Shown here: one piece after another, positions 1-9,038 of the stretch
Layout: each line of letters opens with the position of its first letter
How positions within the stretch are numbered: the stretch's first letter is position 1
NCBI GenBank assembly: GCA_044222475.1
Contig: JBGANF010000004.1
Location: 64,001 to 128,000, forward strand
Length of the DNA: 64,000 bases
Reading direction: 5' to 3'
DNA from: Polyangiaceae bacterium
Lineage (GTDB): Bacteria; Myxococcota_A; Polyangia; Polyangiales; Polyangiaceae
Notes under the pieces: model-generated
What the model was told of the DNA's origin: nothing
What the model saw: the letters and a program-made list of their open reading frames with translations, nothing else
Databases searched by the model: none
Translations under genes and position numbers: made by a program

Positions 1-1
1 C

Positions 2-148
2 GTGACCCTCGACGAGCTGGAGCGGCGCTACGTCGAGCGAGTCATGACCCTGATGGCCGGCAACAAGAGCGAGGTCACGCGCGTGCTCGGCATCGACCGG
101 TCGACGCTCTACCGCAAGCTCGAACGCTGGGGTCTGCTCAAGAAGTGA
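2..148 (+). CDS. C-terminal end (Fis-type HTH) of a sigma54-dependent transcriptional regulator; 5' truncated by the window edge
   Basis: Frame 2 reads VTLDELERRYVERVMTLMAGNKSEVTRVLGIDRSTLYRKLERWGLLKK*, a typical HTH_8 tail of NtrC-family proteins. Not in the ORF track. Confidence 0.85.
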   Translation: MTLDELERRYVERVMTLMAGNKSEVTRVLGIDRSTLYRKLERWGLLKK

Positions 149-563
149 GCGTCGCCTCGCGGACAGCCGCGATGAGATCGGGCACCGAGAGGGGCTTGTC
201 GAGGACAGCCTTCGCCCCGAGGTCGGTCGCGCGCCGGTGAAGCGTGGCGTCGGCGAACGCGGTCATGAGCACGATCGGAACGTCCCACTCCGCGAGCCGA
301 AGCGCGAGGAGCAAGTCGAGGCCGGTGTGCCCGGGCATCCGAACGTCCATCACGATGGCGTCCGGCCGCGGGAGAGCCTTCGCGGCGACCGCCGACAGAT
401 GGCGGAGGAGCTCCGCGCCGCTGGCGGCGGCCAGCACTTCGTACCCGTGCTTGCGCAGCGACGACGACAAGAGTGTGCGGAGGTCGTCGTCGTCTTCGGC
501 GAGGAACAGGCGGGGACCGATGGGGCACTGGGCGTAGGCCAACGCGGCGGGGGAGAGGGGCAT
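138..563 (-). CDS. Single-domain response regulator (REC)
   Basis: LFLAEDDDDLR...AIVMDVRMPGHTGLDLL...VLMTAF...VLDKP receiver motifs. Start set at ATG 563 (GTG 566 possible), just below a sigma54-like promoter. Confidence 0.88.
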   Translation of the reverse strand: MPLSPAALAYAQCPIGPRLFLAEDDDDLRTLLSSSLRKHGYEVLAAASGAELLRHLSAVAAKALPRPDAIVMDVRMPGHTGLDLLLALRLAEWDVPIVLMTAFADATLHRRATDLGAKAVLDKPLSVPDLIAAVREATLTS

Positions 564-576
564 CACCCATCGCAGC

Positions 577-592
577 TGCACGCTGCGTGCCA
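577..592 (-). promoter_or_regulatory. sigma54-type -24/-12 promoter for the REC gene
   Basis: Minus strand TGGCACGCAGCGTGCA (GG-N10-GC, TGGCAC box intact). Confidence 0.7.
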
Positions 593-613
593 CGCCGCCC
601 CGGCCGAGCGACC

Positions 614-651
614 GCGGAGCGCGACGAGGGCGACGCCTCGCCGCGCTCCGC
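614..651 (-). terminator. GC-rich hairpin just downstream of hsp20; possible terminator without a U-tract
   Basis: GCGGAGCGCG (614-623) pairs with CGCGCTCCGC (642-651); inner CGAGG/CCTCG stem; 6-nt loop. Confidence 0.45.
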
Positions 652-665
652 CACACCGCTGGTCG

Positions 666-1103
666 CTACTCGTCGAGCTGCTTCGGCTGCGCACCACTGC
701 CGATTTGGATCTTCCGAGGCTTCGCCTTGGGGATCTTCGGGATGCGGATGGTGAGCACGCCGTCGGCGAGGTTCGCGGTGAGCTTCTCCTCGTCGACCGT
801 GTCCGGCAGGGTGAACGCCCGGCTGAAAGGACCGTAGCTTCGACCGAGCAGCACCTGTTCGTTGGCGCTTCCGTCGAACTTGCGCGTGCCTTTGATCGTC
901 AGGACGCGGTTCTCGAGCGAGACGTCGAGGTCGGCCTCCTTCACGCCGGGCACGTCGCAGTGGAAGACCACCTCGCTCTCGCTTGCGCGCACGTCGATGG
1001 CCGGTTCGAAAGTTCGAGCATTCGTCGCCGTTCCATACGCAGATCCCATGACGTCATCGAGCATGCGATCCAGCGTGGAGACGGCATCCCACGTCGTCAT
1101 CAT
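666..1103 (-). CDS. Hsp20/alpha-crystallin small heat shock protein
   Basis: FEPAIDVRAS...CDVPGVKEADLDVSLENRVLTIKG...RSYGPFSRAFTLPDTVDEEKLTANLADGVLTIRIPK; AGGAGGTG RBS before MMTTW. Confidence 0.92.
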   Translation of the reverse strand: MMTTWDAVSTLDRMLDDVMGSAYGTATNARTFEPAIDVRASESEVVFHCDVPGVKEADLDVSLENRVLTIKGTRKFDGSANEQVLLGRSYGPFSRAFTLPDTVDEEKLTANLADGVLTIRIPKIPKAKPRKIQIGSGAQPKQLDE

Positions 1104-1462
1104 GGAACACCTCCTTCTTGAGCTGGGTTGGTTCGAGTCGAGTCGTTGACGGAGCGCTTCTTGGGCATCCGGACGCGGAGCAGATCGCCCGTCCGGTGCG
1201 TTTCGACCTTGCCGGTGATGGCCGAGGGCAAGGCGCAGAGCCTCATCGACTGGGAGCGGCCGAGCACCGTCACTGCCTGGTCGCTCGCGTGGACACGCAC
1301 CGGGCCGTGGCTCTCTTCGGGTGCGTGGAACACGACGGTGATGGCCTCGTCGTCTTCGGTGGCGTCGACCGGCGACGCGAACCACGGCGGAGTCGCGAGG
1401 CTGGAGCACGAGATGCGAAGCAGAGACCGGAAGCCGGTCGAGGATCGCGCGTGGATCGTCAT
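1100..1462 (-). CDS. Divergent Hsp20-like protein
   Basis: SPVDATEDDEAITVVFHAP...VRVHASDQAVTVLG...LP...GDLLRVRMPK resembles a shortened alpha-crystallin domain; GGAGGT RBS; ATGA overlap with hsp20. Confidence 0.6.
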   Translation of the reverse strand: MTIHARSSTGFRSLLRISCSSLATPPWFASPVDATEDDEAITVVFHAPEESHGPVRVHASDQAVTVLGRSQSMRLCALPSAITGKVETHRTGDLLRVRMPKKRSVNDSTRTNPAQEGGVP

Positions 1463-1478
1463 GGCACCTCCGGCTCGC

Positions 1479-1658
1479 TCACCCGTCGCAGAGCCACGCC
1501 TCCGACGCCCCTTCGTCGCGCTCGAGGATCGACCGCAGGCCCAGATCTTCGTCGCGGGGCCTCGGCCACTGCCGCAGCTCCGGCATCGCCCGGAGAACCT
1601 CGGCTGGCTCGGTGATCGTCAGCTCTTCCATCAACGGCAGTTCGTATCGGTCCAACAT
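1479..1658 (-). CDS. Small acidic hypothetical protein (59 aa)
   Basis: Strong RBS AGGGAGGA before ATG 1658; same strand as and close to the Hsp20 genes. Confidence 0.55.
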   Translation of the reverse strand: MLDRYELPLMEELTITEPAEVLRAMPELRQWPRPRDEDLGLRSILERDEGASEAWLCDG

Positions 1659-1763
1659 GGAGTCCTCCCTTCGAGCCGATGCCGGCCCGACCCGGGGGGA
1701 ACCAACTCCGCCCGAGGCGGGTCGAATCACTCGAAAATGCCTGTAATCATGCCCGATCGAGTG

Positions 1764-3986
1764 TCAAGGGGTGCGGTCGCCGACGGTGAAGAGGGTCGCC
1801 ATCTTCACCTCGTCGACGACGCTCTCGCACACCAGGACTCGGTGCTCCATCCCAGAGTGGGACCAGACGACGGCCGTGATGGGCTCGATGCGCTTCGCGC
1901 CGCGTAGCCGCGGATCGGCGTTCGCGACCGCTCTCTCGGGGTCGAAGAGGACGCCCCAGGGCGATGGCCACCCGCCGGTCGCGGCCTTCGACACCGGGCG
2001 CATGTGCGCGCGCAGCCTCGTCTCGTGAGCGGCCACGGCGGCGCGCGCGCGGACCACCTCGGGCTCGAGCGGCGGACGCTCGAAGTCCTCCACGTGGAAG
2101 TACGGCGTTCGGTCGGCGAGCATCTCGAAGGGACCTTCGAGCCTCTCCTGCCACACGAGGAGCGGCACCGAGGTCAGCGAGTGGGCCGGGCTCTCCTCCG
2201 ATTCGCCGCCGCCGATTCGCGAGGACTGGGTCGCCGAGCTCCATCGAAGGAAGCACCGCTCCGCAGCCCGCCACTCGTAGAGGAACGTCTCGGGTGGAGC
2301 GTCGCGCTTCAGCTCGAGGCGAAGCAGCGGGCCTCCGGGCAGGCAGCCCACGATCTCGAGCTCGCGATCGAAGCCGACGTCCCTTGCCGCGGGGAACGCG
2401 AAGGGCAGCGGCGCGAACGTCGCGGTCGATGCGACGGGATCGAAGACGATCACGCCGAGCCGCTCGCCGTCCGAGCGTCGCTCGACTCCCGCGCCGTAGA
2501 GGACTCCCCCGTGCACGACGAGCTTTCGTGACGCCAGCGCGCACGAGAGCGGGAACGCACGGTCGACGAGAGCGCTCGCGCGCACCGTACCTTCGGGCAA
2601 GCGCTGCGTGATCCCCGAGCGTTCGAGCACGAGCCAGATCGCTTCGCGGATCGTCGGTTGGCAGACCGCGATAGACGCCTCGACACGCCGGACCTCGGCC
2701 GCCGCGAGCGGTCGCGTGTCCGTCAACGCGAAGAGCGCGCGCGCCGCTTGGGTCGCGGTGCGGGCGTCGGGCGAGCTCAGCCCGTCGATGAGGAGCGACG
2801 CCCCGACCGCCCGCGCCGAAGGGCTCTCGGCGATGGCGTCGAACGCCCAACGCCGAATCATCCGGTCGTCGGATGACGCCAACGCGCAGAGCGTGGCGGC
2901 GAGCGGCCCCTGAAACTCGGGGAGCGCGCCGAAGCGCGCGAGAGCGTCGCGCGCCGGATCTCCGCACCGCGGCACCGGACAGCGAGCCCACGCCCGGAGC
3001 CACGGAAAGGACTCGGGCCAGCACGGCAGCGCGCAGAGACCCTTGAACACGCGCTCGTAGAAGTACGGATCGTCGCGCGCGAGCTCGGCGCCGGCGGGCA
3101 CGGAAGCGACGACTGCGCCGCCCGCAGCGCGAAAACGAGCGACCGCTTCGTCGACCTTCGAGGCCCCGACGCCGTGCGACGCGAGCGCGGTCAACGTGCG
3201 CGCCGCCCTCGCTGGGTCCGACGCGCCAGCGGCGGTCAGGGCCTCCACGATCAACCCGAGGACGTGACGATCGTGCTCGACCATCAGCTGTCGCTCCAGA
3301 GCGGCGAACGTCTCCGGGAAATCGGCGAAGCGCGTGCCCAGCACCGCGAACGCGCGCCGCTTCACCGTGTCGACCGGGCTGCTCACGTGGGCCCAGAGGA
3401 AGCGCGCGATCCGCGCCCGGTTCGTGCCGCGCGCGGCACCGAGCGCCACGACGCACCGCCACGCGACGCTCGGCTTCGACAGGCGCACCCCTTCGAAGAG
3501 CCATGTCACTTCGGCTTCGTCCTTCGGCACGAGCGCCTCGACTCCGTCCCCCGTGCCGAGCATCGAGGACAGCTTCTTCGAGAACCTGCTCGTGAGCTTC
3601 GCGGGAGGGTTCCACGCCGAGAGGTCCCGCGCGCGCCCGACGACGGCGGCGAGACTTCGATCGTGCAGCGCAGCGACCAGCGCGGGATCGTCGAAGCGTT
3701 CGGCCCGGCCGAGGTGGCGCACCACCCGCCGCAGGCCCGGCAGATCGAGCGAAGCGACCACCGCCGGAGACCGGAGCACGCGCTCCGCTTCAGCCGCCGA
3801 GAGGATCCCGTCGTCGAGCGGGAGCCCGGCGTGCGGCCAGAGGAGCGGCGCGAGGCGCGCGAGGAGATCCACGTCGCGCTTGGGATCGGGTCGCAGCTGA
3901 TACGGGAGGAGCTCGTCGGCGAAGGACGCCAGCTTCTGCAGGGCGTGGTTCGTGAAGAACGCCGCTTCCTCCGCCGGGCCCATCAT
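1764..3986 (-). CDS. Hypothetical 740-aa protein: DUF6508-like N-terminus plus HEAT-like helical repeats
   Basis: N-terminal VASLDLPGLRRVVRHLGRAERFDDPALVAALHDRSLAAVVGRA resembles DUF6508; middle has HEAT-like units (LASSDDRMIRRWAFDAIAE, LSSPDARTATQAARALFAL). Confidence 0.55.
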   Translation of the reverse strand: MMGPAEEAAFFTNHALQKLASFADELLPYQLRPDPKRDVDLLARLAPLLWPHAGLPLDDGILSAAEAERVLRSPAVVASLDLPGLRRVVRHLGRAERFDDPALVAALHDRSLAAVVGRARDLSAWNPPAKLTSRFSKKLSSMLGTGDGVEALVPKDEAEVTWLFEGVRLSKPSVAWRCVVALGAARGTNRARIARFLWAHVSSPVDTVKRRAFAVLGTRFADFPETFAALERQLMVEHDRHVLGLIVEALTAAGASDPARAARTLTALASHGVGASKVDEAVARFRAAGGAVVASVPAGAELARDDPYFYERVFKGLCALPCWPESFPWLRAWARCPVPRCGDPARDALARFGALPEFQGPLAATLCALASSDDRMIRRWAFDAIAESPSARAVGASLLIDGLSSPDARTATQAARALFALTDTRPLAAAEVRRVEASIAVCQPTIREAIWLVLERSGITQRLPEGTVRASALVDRAFPLSCALASRKLVVHGGVLYGAGVERRSDGERLGVIVFDPVASTATFAPLPFAFPAARDVGFDRELEIVGCLPGGPLLRLELKRDAPPETFLYEWRAAERCFLRWSSATQSSRIGGGESEESPAHSLTSVPLLVWQERLEGPFEMLADRTPYFHVEDFERPPLEPEVVRARAAVAAHETRLRAHMRPVSKAATGGWPSPWGVLFDPERAVANADPRLRGAKRIEPITAVVWSHSGMEHRVLVCESVVDEVKMATLFTVGDRTP

Positions 3987-4005
3987 GGTGCCGCGACATC
4001 TTCGC

Positions 4006-5202
4006 TCAGTACGTCTCGACGTGGAAGCGCCCCTCGGCGCGCATCGTCTCGCGAATCTCGGCGAAGCTCTTGCCGTGGCGCTCGCACACGTCTTCGAGCG
4101 CCTCGAGGACGCCCGCCTCCATGCGCTTGTGCCCGCATACGTAGAGGTGCGTCTCGGGATGACTCAGCATCTCGAACGTTCGTTCGTGGCGCGTGCGCAT
4201 CCGGTCTTGGACGTACGCCTTCGGAACGCCGGGCGTGCGCGAGAACGCGAGCTCGACCTCGATCAGCTCCTTCGGGAGCTTCATCAGCGGGCCGAAGTAA
4301 GGGAGCTCCTCGCGTCGTCGCGCGCCGAAGAAGAGGAGGATGTCGCCCCCTTCCTTCAGCGCCATGCGACGCCGGCGACGCTCGGTCATCGCGCGCATCG
4401 GTGCGGCCCCCGTACCGGTGCAGATCAAGAGCAGCCGCGAGCCGGGGTGGTTCGGCATGAGGAAGGTCGCGCCGTAGGGACCGGTGACCTTGACCGTGTC
4501 GCCCTTCGCGAGGTCGCACAGGTAGTTCGACGCCACGCCGCGCACGGGCTTGCCGTCGGGATCGACGACGACGCGCTTCACGGTGAGCGAGAGGTTGTTG
4601 TGCTTGGGGCGCTCACCGTCGCGCGGGCTCGCCACCGAGTACAACCGAACGTGGTGCGGCGCGCCGCTCGCGTCGGTCCCCGGAGGGATGACTCCGATCG
4701 ACTGCCCTTCGAGCACCGGGAACGCCGTCTTGCCGAAGTCGAGGACGATGTGACGGATGTCGACCTCGGAGTCGTCGGACGTGAGGCGGTGCGATCCGGC
4801 GACCGTCGCGATCGCGGGGCGGTCGGCCGAGTAGAGCCCGACGTACGGATGAGCCGCGGACCACGGAGGGCGGGTCACTCCGCTCGACTGCGTCGCACGC
4901 GTCGTGATCTCCTCGACGTCCTGCGGGACGGGGCCGTCAGCCGGGGGCTTCTCGTCCTTCGGCAGCTCGTCCCAGCGGAGCTGGTCCTCGATCGAGAACG
5001 CGGTGGCGACTTGCCGCCACGAGTCGATCGCGCCGGTCGGGCACGACGGAAGGCAATCCCCGCACTCGTTGCACTTGTCGAACGCGACGACGTAGTTCCG
5101 CTTGTCGTGCGTGATCGCGTCGACCGGACACTTCTCCTCGCAGGTGTTGCAGCGGATGCACGCCTCGGGATCGATCAGGTGCTGGCGGAGGAGCCCCGTC
5201 AA
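4006..5202 (-). CDS. boxA: Benzoyl-CoA oxygenase reductase component BoxA
   Basis: [20 protein letters not shown] and [17 protein letters not shown] (two 4Fe-4S motifs), then an FNR module ([33 protein letters not shown]). TTG start overlaps the boxB stop (TTGA). Confidence 0.92.
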   Translation of the reverse strand: MTGLLRQHLIDPEACIRCNTCEEKCPVDAITHDKRNYVVAFDKCNECGDCLPSCPTGAIDSWRQVATAFSIEDQLRWDELPKDEKPPADGPVPQDVEEITTRATQSSGVTRPPWSAAHPYVGLYSADRPAIATVAGSHRLTSDDSEVDIRHIVLDFGKTAFPVLEGQSIGVIPPGTDASGAPHHVRLYSVASPRDGERPKHNNLSLTVKRVVVDPDGKPVRGVASNYLCDLAKGDTVKVTGPYGATFLMPNHPGSRLLLICTGTGAAPMRAMTERRRRRMALKEGGDILLFFGARRREELPYFGPLMKLPKELIEVELAFSRTPGVPKAYVQDRMRTRHERTFEMLSHPETHLYVCGHKRMEAGVLEALEDVCERHGKSFAEIRETMRAEGRFHVETY

Positions 5203-6623
5203 TGGAACCGCACGTACTCGAAGTCTTGCGGTTTGCCGTCGATCCCCACGCGCGGCGGTGCGATCCACGACGCGAACTTGCCGGGGACGACGACGCGACC
5301 CATGAGCGCGCGGACGTGCTCGTGATCCTCGTCGGTAGGCAGCCACTCGCGCTCGTGAGCCTTCCACTCGCTCTCCGTGAGGACGCGACCGTCGGGCGAG
5401 ACGTGGGCGTTCGCGAACACCCCGATCTTCCGGTGGAACGCCTTGTGCGGGAGCTTCAGGCGCGTCGAGAAACCCGCCTTCTCGATGATCTTGTTCCAGC
5501 GCTCGACGCCGGCGGCGCAGTCGACGATGTAGTCGTCACGCAGGCGCTCGTTGAGCGACAGCAGCGCGCTCACCGTCTTCTCGACGAGCTTGCCGTTCTC
5601 GAGATCGAGCATCTTGTAGTCGACGTTGGTGAGCGTGTGGTCGTCGTCGATCTTCTCTTCTTCGAACCGGCCCTTGAGCCCCATCGAGTAGAACGTCGAC
5701 GCGTTCGAGCTGATCTCGCCGCCGTAGAGGTCGAGCGTCACGCTGAAGTGGAAGTTCAGGTAGCGCTGGAGCGTCGGCAGATCGATCGCGCCGGCGGCGC
5801 GCACCTTGTCCGGGTCCTCGCTCTTGATCTCCTTCATCACGTCGCAGGTGCGCTGGATGATGCGCCCGACGCCGCTCTCGCCGACGAACAGATGGTGCGC
5901 CTCCTCGGTGAGCATGAAGCGCGTCGAGCGCGCGAGGGGATCGAAGCCGCTCTCGGCGAGGGCGGCGAGCTGGTACTTCCCGTCACGGTCGGTGAGGAAC
6001 GTGAACATGAAGAACGACAGCCAGTCGGGCGTCTTCTCGTTGAACGCGCCAAGCAGCCGCGGCTTGTCGTCCGAGCCGCTGCGGCGTTGGAGGAGCATCT
6101 CCCCTTCTTCTCGTCCGTCGCGGCCGAAGTACGCGTGGAGCAAGTAGACCATCGCCCAGAGGTGTCGGCCCTCTTCGACGTTCACCTGATAGAGGTTTCG
6201 TAGATCGTAGAGGCTCGGGCACGTGGCGCCGAGGTGACGTTGCTGCTCGACGCTCGCGGGCTCGGTGTCGCCTTGCGTCACGATGATGCGGCGCAAGGTC
6301 GACCGGTACTCGCCGGGGACTTGGTTCCACACCGGCTGCCCCTTGTGGGTTCCGAAGGCGATCTTTCGGTCCGCCTCGGGCGGCGTGAGGAAGATGCCCC
6401 ACCGGTAGTCCGGCATCTTCACGTAGTCGAAGTGGGCCCAGCCCTTGGGGTCGACGCTCACCGCGGTGCGCAGGTAGATGTCCCAGTCCTTGCTCTCGAT
6501 CGGGCCCATCTCCTTCCACCACTCGAGGTAGTGGGGCTGCCACTGCTCGAGCGCGCGCTGGAGCGTGCGGTCGGTCGAGAGGTCCACGTTGTTCGGAATC
6601 TTGGACGTGTAGTCGATCGCCAT
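5199..6623 (-). CDS. boxB: Benzoyl-CoA 2,3-epoxidase diiron subunit BoxB
   Basis: [15 protein letters not shown]...[12 protein letters not shown]...[11 protein letters not shown]...DRDGKYQL...EEAHH; 474 aa. Confidence 0.95.
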   Translation of the reverse strand: MAIDYTSKIPNNVDLSTDRTLQRALEQWQPHYLEWWKEMGPIESKDWDIYLRTAVSVDPKGWAHFDYVKMPDYRWGIFLTPPEADRKIAFGTHKGQPVWNQVPGEYRSTLRRIIVTQGDTEPASVEQQRHLGATCPSLYDLRNLYQVNVEEGRHLWAMVYLLHAYFGRDGREEGEMLLQRRSGSDDKPRLLGAFNEKTPDWLSFFMFTFLTDRDGKYQLAALAESGFDPLARSTRFMLTEEAHHLFVGESGVGRIIQRTCDVMKEIKSEDPDKVRAAGAIDLPTLQRYLNFHFSVTLDLYGGEISSNASTFYSMGLKGRFEEEKIDDDHTLTNVDYKMLDLENGKLVEKTVSALLSLNERLRDDYIVDCAAGVERWNKIIEKAGFSTRLKLPHKAFHRKIGVFANAHVSPDGRVLTESEWKAHEREWLPTDEDHEHVRALMGRVVVPGKFASWIAPPRVGIDGKPQDFEYVRFH

Positions 6624-6635
6624 GGCGCGGCCATG

Positions 6636-6651
6636 AGCAAGACTCGTGCAA
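6636..6651 (-). promoter_or_regulatory. sigma54-like promoter of boxBA (one mismatch in the -24 GG)
   Basis: Minus strand TTGCACGAGTCTTGCT; the -12 C is 14 nt before the boxB ATG, the same spacing as other sigma54 sites here. Confidence 0.5.
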
Positions 6652-6684
6652 CGCTTGCATTTGCCTTGCGCTGCTGCACGTGTC

Positions 6685-6719
6685 GCGCACGGGGTGCGCG
6701 TGGTGCGCAAACGGTGCGA
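6685..6719. promoter_or_regulatory. Tandem palindromic activator-binding sites upstream of boxB
   Basis: GCGCA-CGGGG-TGCGC (6685-6699) and GCGCA-AACGG-TGCGA (6705-6719); a third, GTGCA-ACGCT-TGCAT, at 6646-6660. Confidence 0.6.
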
Positions 6720-6761
6720 CCGGCGCTTGCGGAGTCCCACATGGGGACATAGCTTCTAGCG

Positions 6762-7232
6762 ATGGCCCCTGGCTGGTACCCCGATCCTGCGACCGGCCAA
6801 CAGCGCTGGTGGGACGGCCGCCAGTGGGGGACCTACGGTCAGCCCCCGCCAGGAGTGGGCTACCCGGGTGGGTACGCCCCGCAGGGGTTCGCCGGCCACG
6901 TCGATCCGATGGTCGCGGCGTCGCGAAGCTCGGCCTCGCTCGCGCACTACCTCGGGCTCCTCGGGTTTCTGGGCCCGCTGATCATCATGATGACGTCGGG
7001 CACGAAGGACAACTTCGTCCGAGTCCACGCGGTGGAGGCGGTGAACTTCCACCTCACGGTGATCATCGGCTGGTTGATCGTCGGCGTCGCGAACGCGATC
7101 ACGTGCGGCCTCGCCTTTCCGCTGGTCTTCGCGGTGCTCATCCCGGTCATCTACTTCGGCGTCCAAGCCGGAAGCGCGGCGAGCCGCGGCGAGTGGTACC
7201 GCTACCCGTGGACCATTCGCATGGTGACGTGA
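6762..7232 (+). CDS. DUF2510 + DUF4870 (Tic20-like) membrane protein
   Basis: APGWYPDP...RWWDGRQW N-terminus; LGFLGPLII...FVRVHAVEAVNFHLT...GEWYRYPWTIR. Confidence 0.85.
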   Translation: MAPGWYPDPATGQQRWWDGRQWGTYGQPPPGVGYPGGYAPQGFAGHVDPMVAASRSSASLAHYLGLLGFLGPLIIMMTSGTKDNFVRVHAVEAVNFHLTVIIGWLIVGVANAITCGLAFPLVFAVLIPVIYFGVQAGSAASRGEWYRYPWTIRMVT

Positions 7233-7236
7233 CGAC

Positions 7237-8853
7237 TCACCGTTCGGGCGCTTCGTGGCCCGACTTGTTCACGTACTCGGTGTAGCCACCGCCGTAGCTG
7301 TGGATCCCGTCCTTCGAGATCTCGAGCACTCGGTTCGACAGCGCCGCGAGGAAGCGACGATCGTGCGAGACGAACAGCATCGTCCCCTCGAACTTGGCGA
7401 GCGCTTCGACGAGCATGTCCTTCGTCGTGACGTCGAGGTGATTGGTCGGCTCGTCGAGGACGAGGAAGTTCGGCGGGTCGTAGAGCATCTGCGCGAGCAC
7501 GAGGCGGGCCTTCTCGCCGCCCGACAACACGCGGACCGATTTTTCGACGTCGTCGCCGGAGAAGCCGAAGACGCCAGCGAGCGTCCGCATCGTCCCCACC
7601 GTGGCGAGCGGGAACTTGTGCGAGAGCGACTCGAAGACCGTCTCGTCCGGGTTCAAGACGTCCATCGAGTGCTGGGCGAAGTACGCGAGCTTCACGCTGG
7701 CGCCGATCTTCACCGAGCCGGCGTCGGCCTCGGTTGCGCCGGCGGCGAGCTTGAGCAGGGTCGACTTCCCTGCCCCGTTGATCCCCATGATGCACCACCG
7801 CTCCCCGCGGCGGACGAGCCAGTCGAAGTTCTTGTAGATGACACGCTTTCCCCAACCCTTGTCGACGTGGCTGAACGAGACGACGTCGTCGCCCGAGCGC
7901 GGCGCGGGCTTGAAGTCGAAGTGGAGCGCGCGGTGGCGCTTCGGCGGCTCGACCTTCTCGATCTTCTCGAGCTTCTTCACCCGTGACTGCACCTGCGCGG
8001 CGTGGCTCGCGCGCGCCTTGAAGCGCGCGATGAAAGCTTCTTCCTTGGCGAGCATCGCTTGCTGGCGCTCGAACTGGGCCTCTTGCTGCGCGTCGAGGAT
8101 CTTGCGCTGCGCCTCGTAGAAGTCCCAGTTGCCGGAGAACGTCGTGATGTCGCCGCCGTCGATCTCCAGGATCTTGTGCACGATGCGGTTCATGAACTCG
8201 CGATCGTGCGACGTCATGAGGAGCGCGCCGTCGTATTGCTTGAGCCATTGCTCGAGCCAGAGGATCGACTCGATGTCGAGGTGGTTGGTCGGTTCGTCGA
8301 GGAGGAGCGCGTCGGGCTTCATCAAGAGGATGCGCGCGAGCGCGACGCGCATCTTCCACCCGCCGGACAGCGCGCCGACGTCGCCGTCCATCACGTCGGC
8401 GGCGAAGCCGAGCCCGGCGAGGATCTCGCGGGCGCGCGCCTCGAGGGCGTAGCCGCCGAGCTCTTCGTAGCGAGCCTGCGCGTGACCGAAGCGCTCGACC
8501 AGCTCCTCCATCTCGTCCATGCGCTCGGGGTCGGCGAGCGCGGCCTCGAGCTCTCGGAGCTGCGCGGCCGCCTCCGAGACCGGGCCCGCTCCATCCATCG
8601 TCTCGGCGACGACGCTGCGCCCCGCCATGTCGCCCACGTCCTGGCGGAAGTAACCGATCGTCGTGCCGCGATCGACCGCGACCTGACCGCCGTCGGGTTG
8701 TTCCTCCTTCATGATCATGCGGAAGATCGTGGTCTTCCCGGCGCCGTTGGGCCCGACGAGGCCGCACTTCTCCCCGCGGTTGATCGCGGCGGACGCGTCC
8801 ATGAAGAGGATCTGTTTTCCGTGCTGCTTGGCGATGGCGTCGAGGCGGATCAA
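7237..8853 (-). CDS. ABC-F family ATPase (ribosome-associated)
   Basis: Two nucleotide-binding domains (GPNGAGKT/LSGGWKMR/LDEPTNHLD; GINGAGKST/LSGGEKAR/LDEPTNHLD); no transmembrane segments. Confidence 0.93.
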   Translation of the reverse strand: MIRLDAIAKQHGKQILFMDASAAINRGEKCGLVGPNGAGKTTIFRMIMKEEQPDGGQVAVDRGTTIGYFRQDVGDMAGRSVVAETMDGAGPVSEAAAQLRELEAALADPERMDEMEELVERFGHAQARYEELGGYALEARAREILAGLGFAADVMDGDVGALSGGWKMRVALARILLMKPDALLLDEPTNHLDIESILWLEQWLKQYDGALLMTSHDREFMNRIVHKILEIDGGDITTFSGNWDFYEAQRKILDAQQEAQFERQQAMLAKEEAFIARFKARASHAAQVQSRVKKLEKIEKVEPPKRHRALHFDFKPAPRSGDDVVSFSHVDKGWGKRVIYKNFDWLVRRGERWCIMGINGAGKSTLLKLAAGATEADAGSVKIGASVKLAYFAQHSMDVLNPDETVFESLSHKFPLATVGTMRTLAGVFGFSGDDVEKSVRVLSGGEKARLVLAQMLYDPPNFLVLDEPTNHLDVTTKDMLVEALAKFEGTMLFVSHDRRFLAALSNRVLEISKDGIHSYGGGYTEYVNKSGHEAPER

Positions 8854-8901
8854 GGGGGGCGAGCTATAGCAGTGAGTGCGACTTCCGCGCGTGAAGACGT
8901 T

Positions 8902-8981
8902 GTTTTGGGCTCGGGACCCAAAACTGGGAGGTGGGGCCCCGTCCGGGCTCTGCCCGGCGGGGCGGAGGGCAAAGCCCTCCG
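8902..8981. repeat. Three closely spaced inverted repeats (REP-like or regulatory hairpins)
   Basis: GTTTTGGG-N7-CCCAAAAC (8902-8924), CCGGGC-TCT-GCCCGG (8943-8957), CGGAGGGC-AAA-GCCCTCCG (8963-8981). Confidence 0.6.
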
Positions 8982-9038
8982 TCGACGAGAGAAGTGAAAC
9001 GCCGTGTGATCGAAGATCACGGACGGCGATTCACTACC

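Noticed and set aside
1674..1689. GG-N10-GC before the 59-aa ORF
   Set aside because: Poor match to TGGCAC/TTGC outside the four core bases, no palindromic site nearby, and the gene has a normal RBS.
1728..1766. Possible CIRCE element upstream of the Hsp20 operon (TTGACACTC on the minus strand; CACTCGA-N22-TCGAGTG)
   Set aside because: Only one arm resembles CIRCE and the inverted-repeat spacing is not 9 nt.
7237..8853. Antibiotic-resistance ABC-F
   Set aside because: No resistance context or obvious extended interdomain linker; it looks like a housekeeping ABC-F. A subfamily HMM search is needed to be sure.
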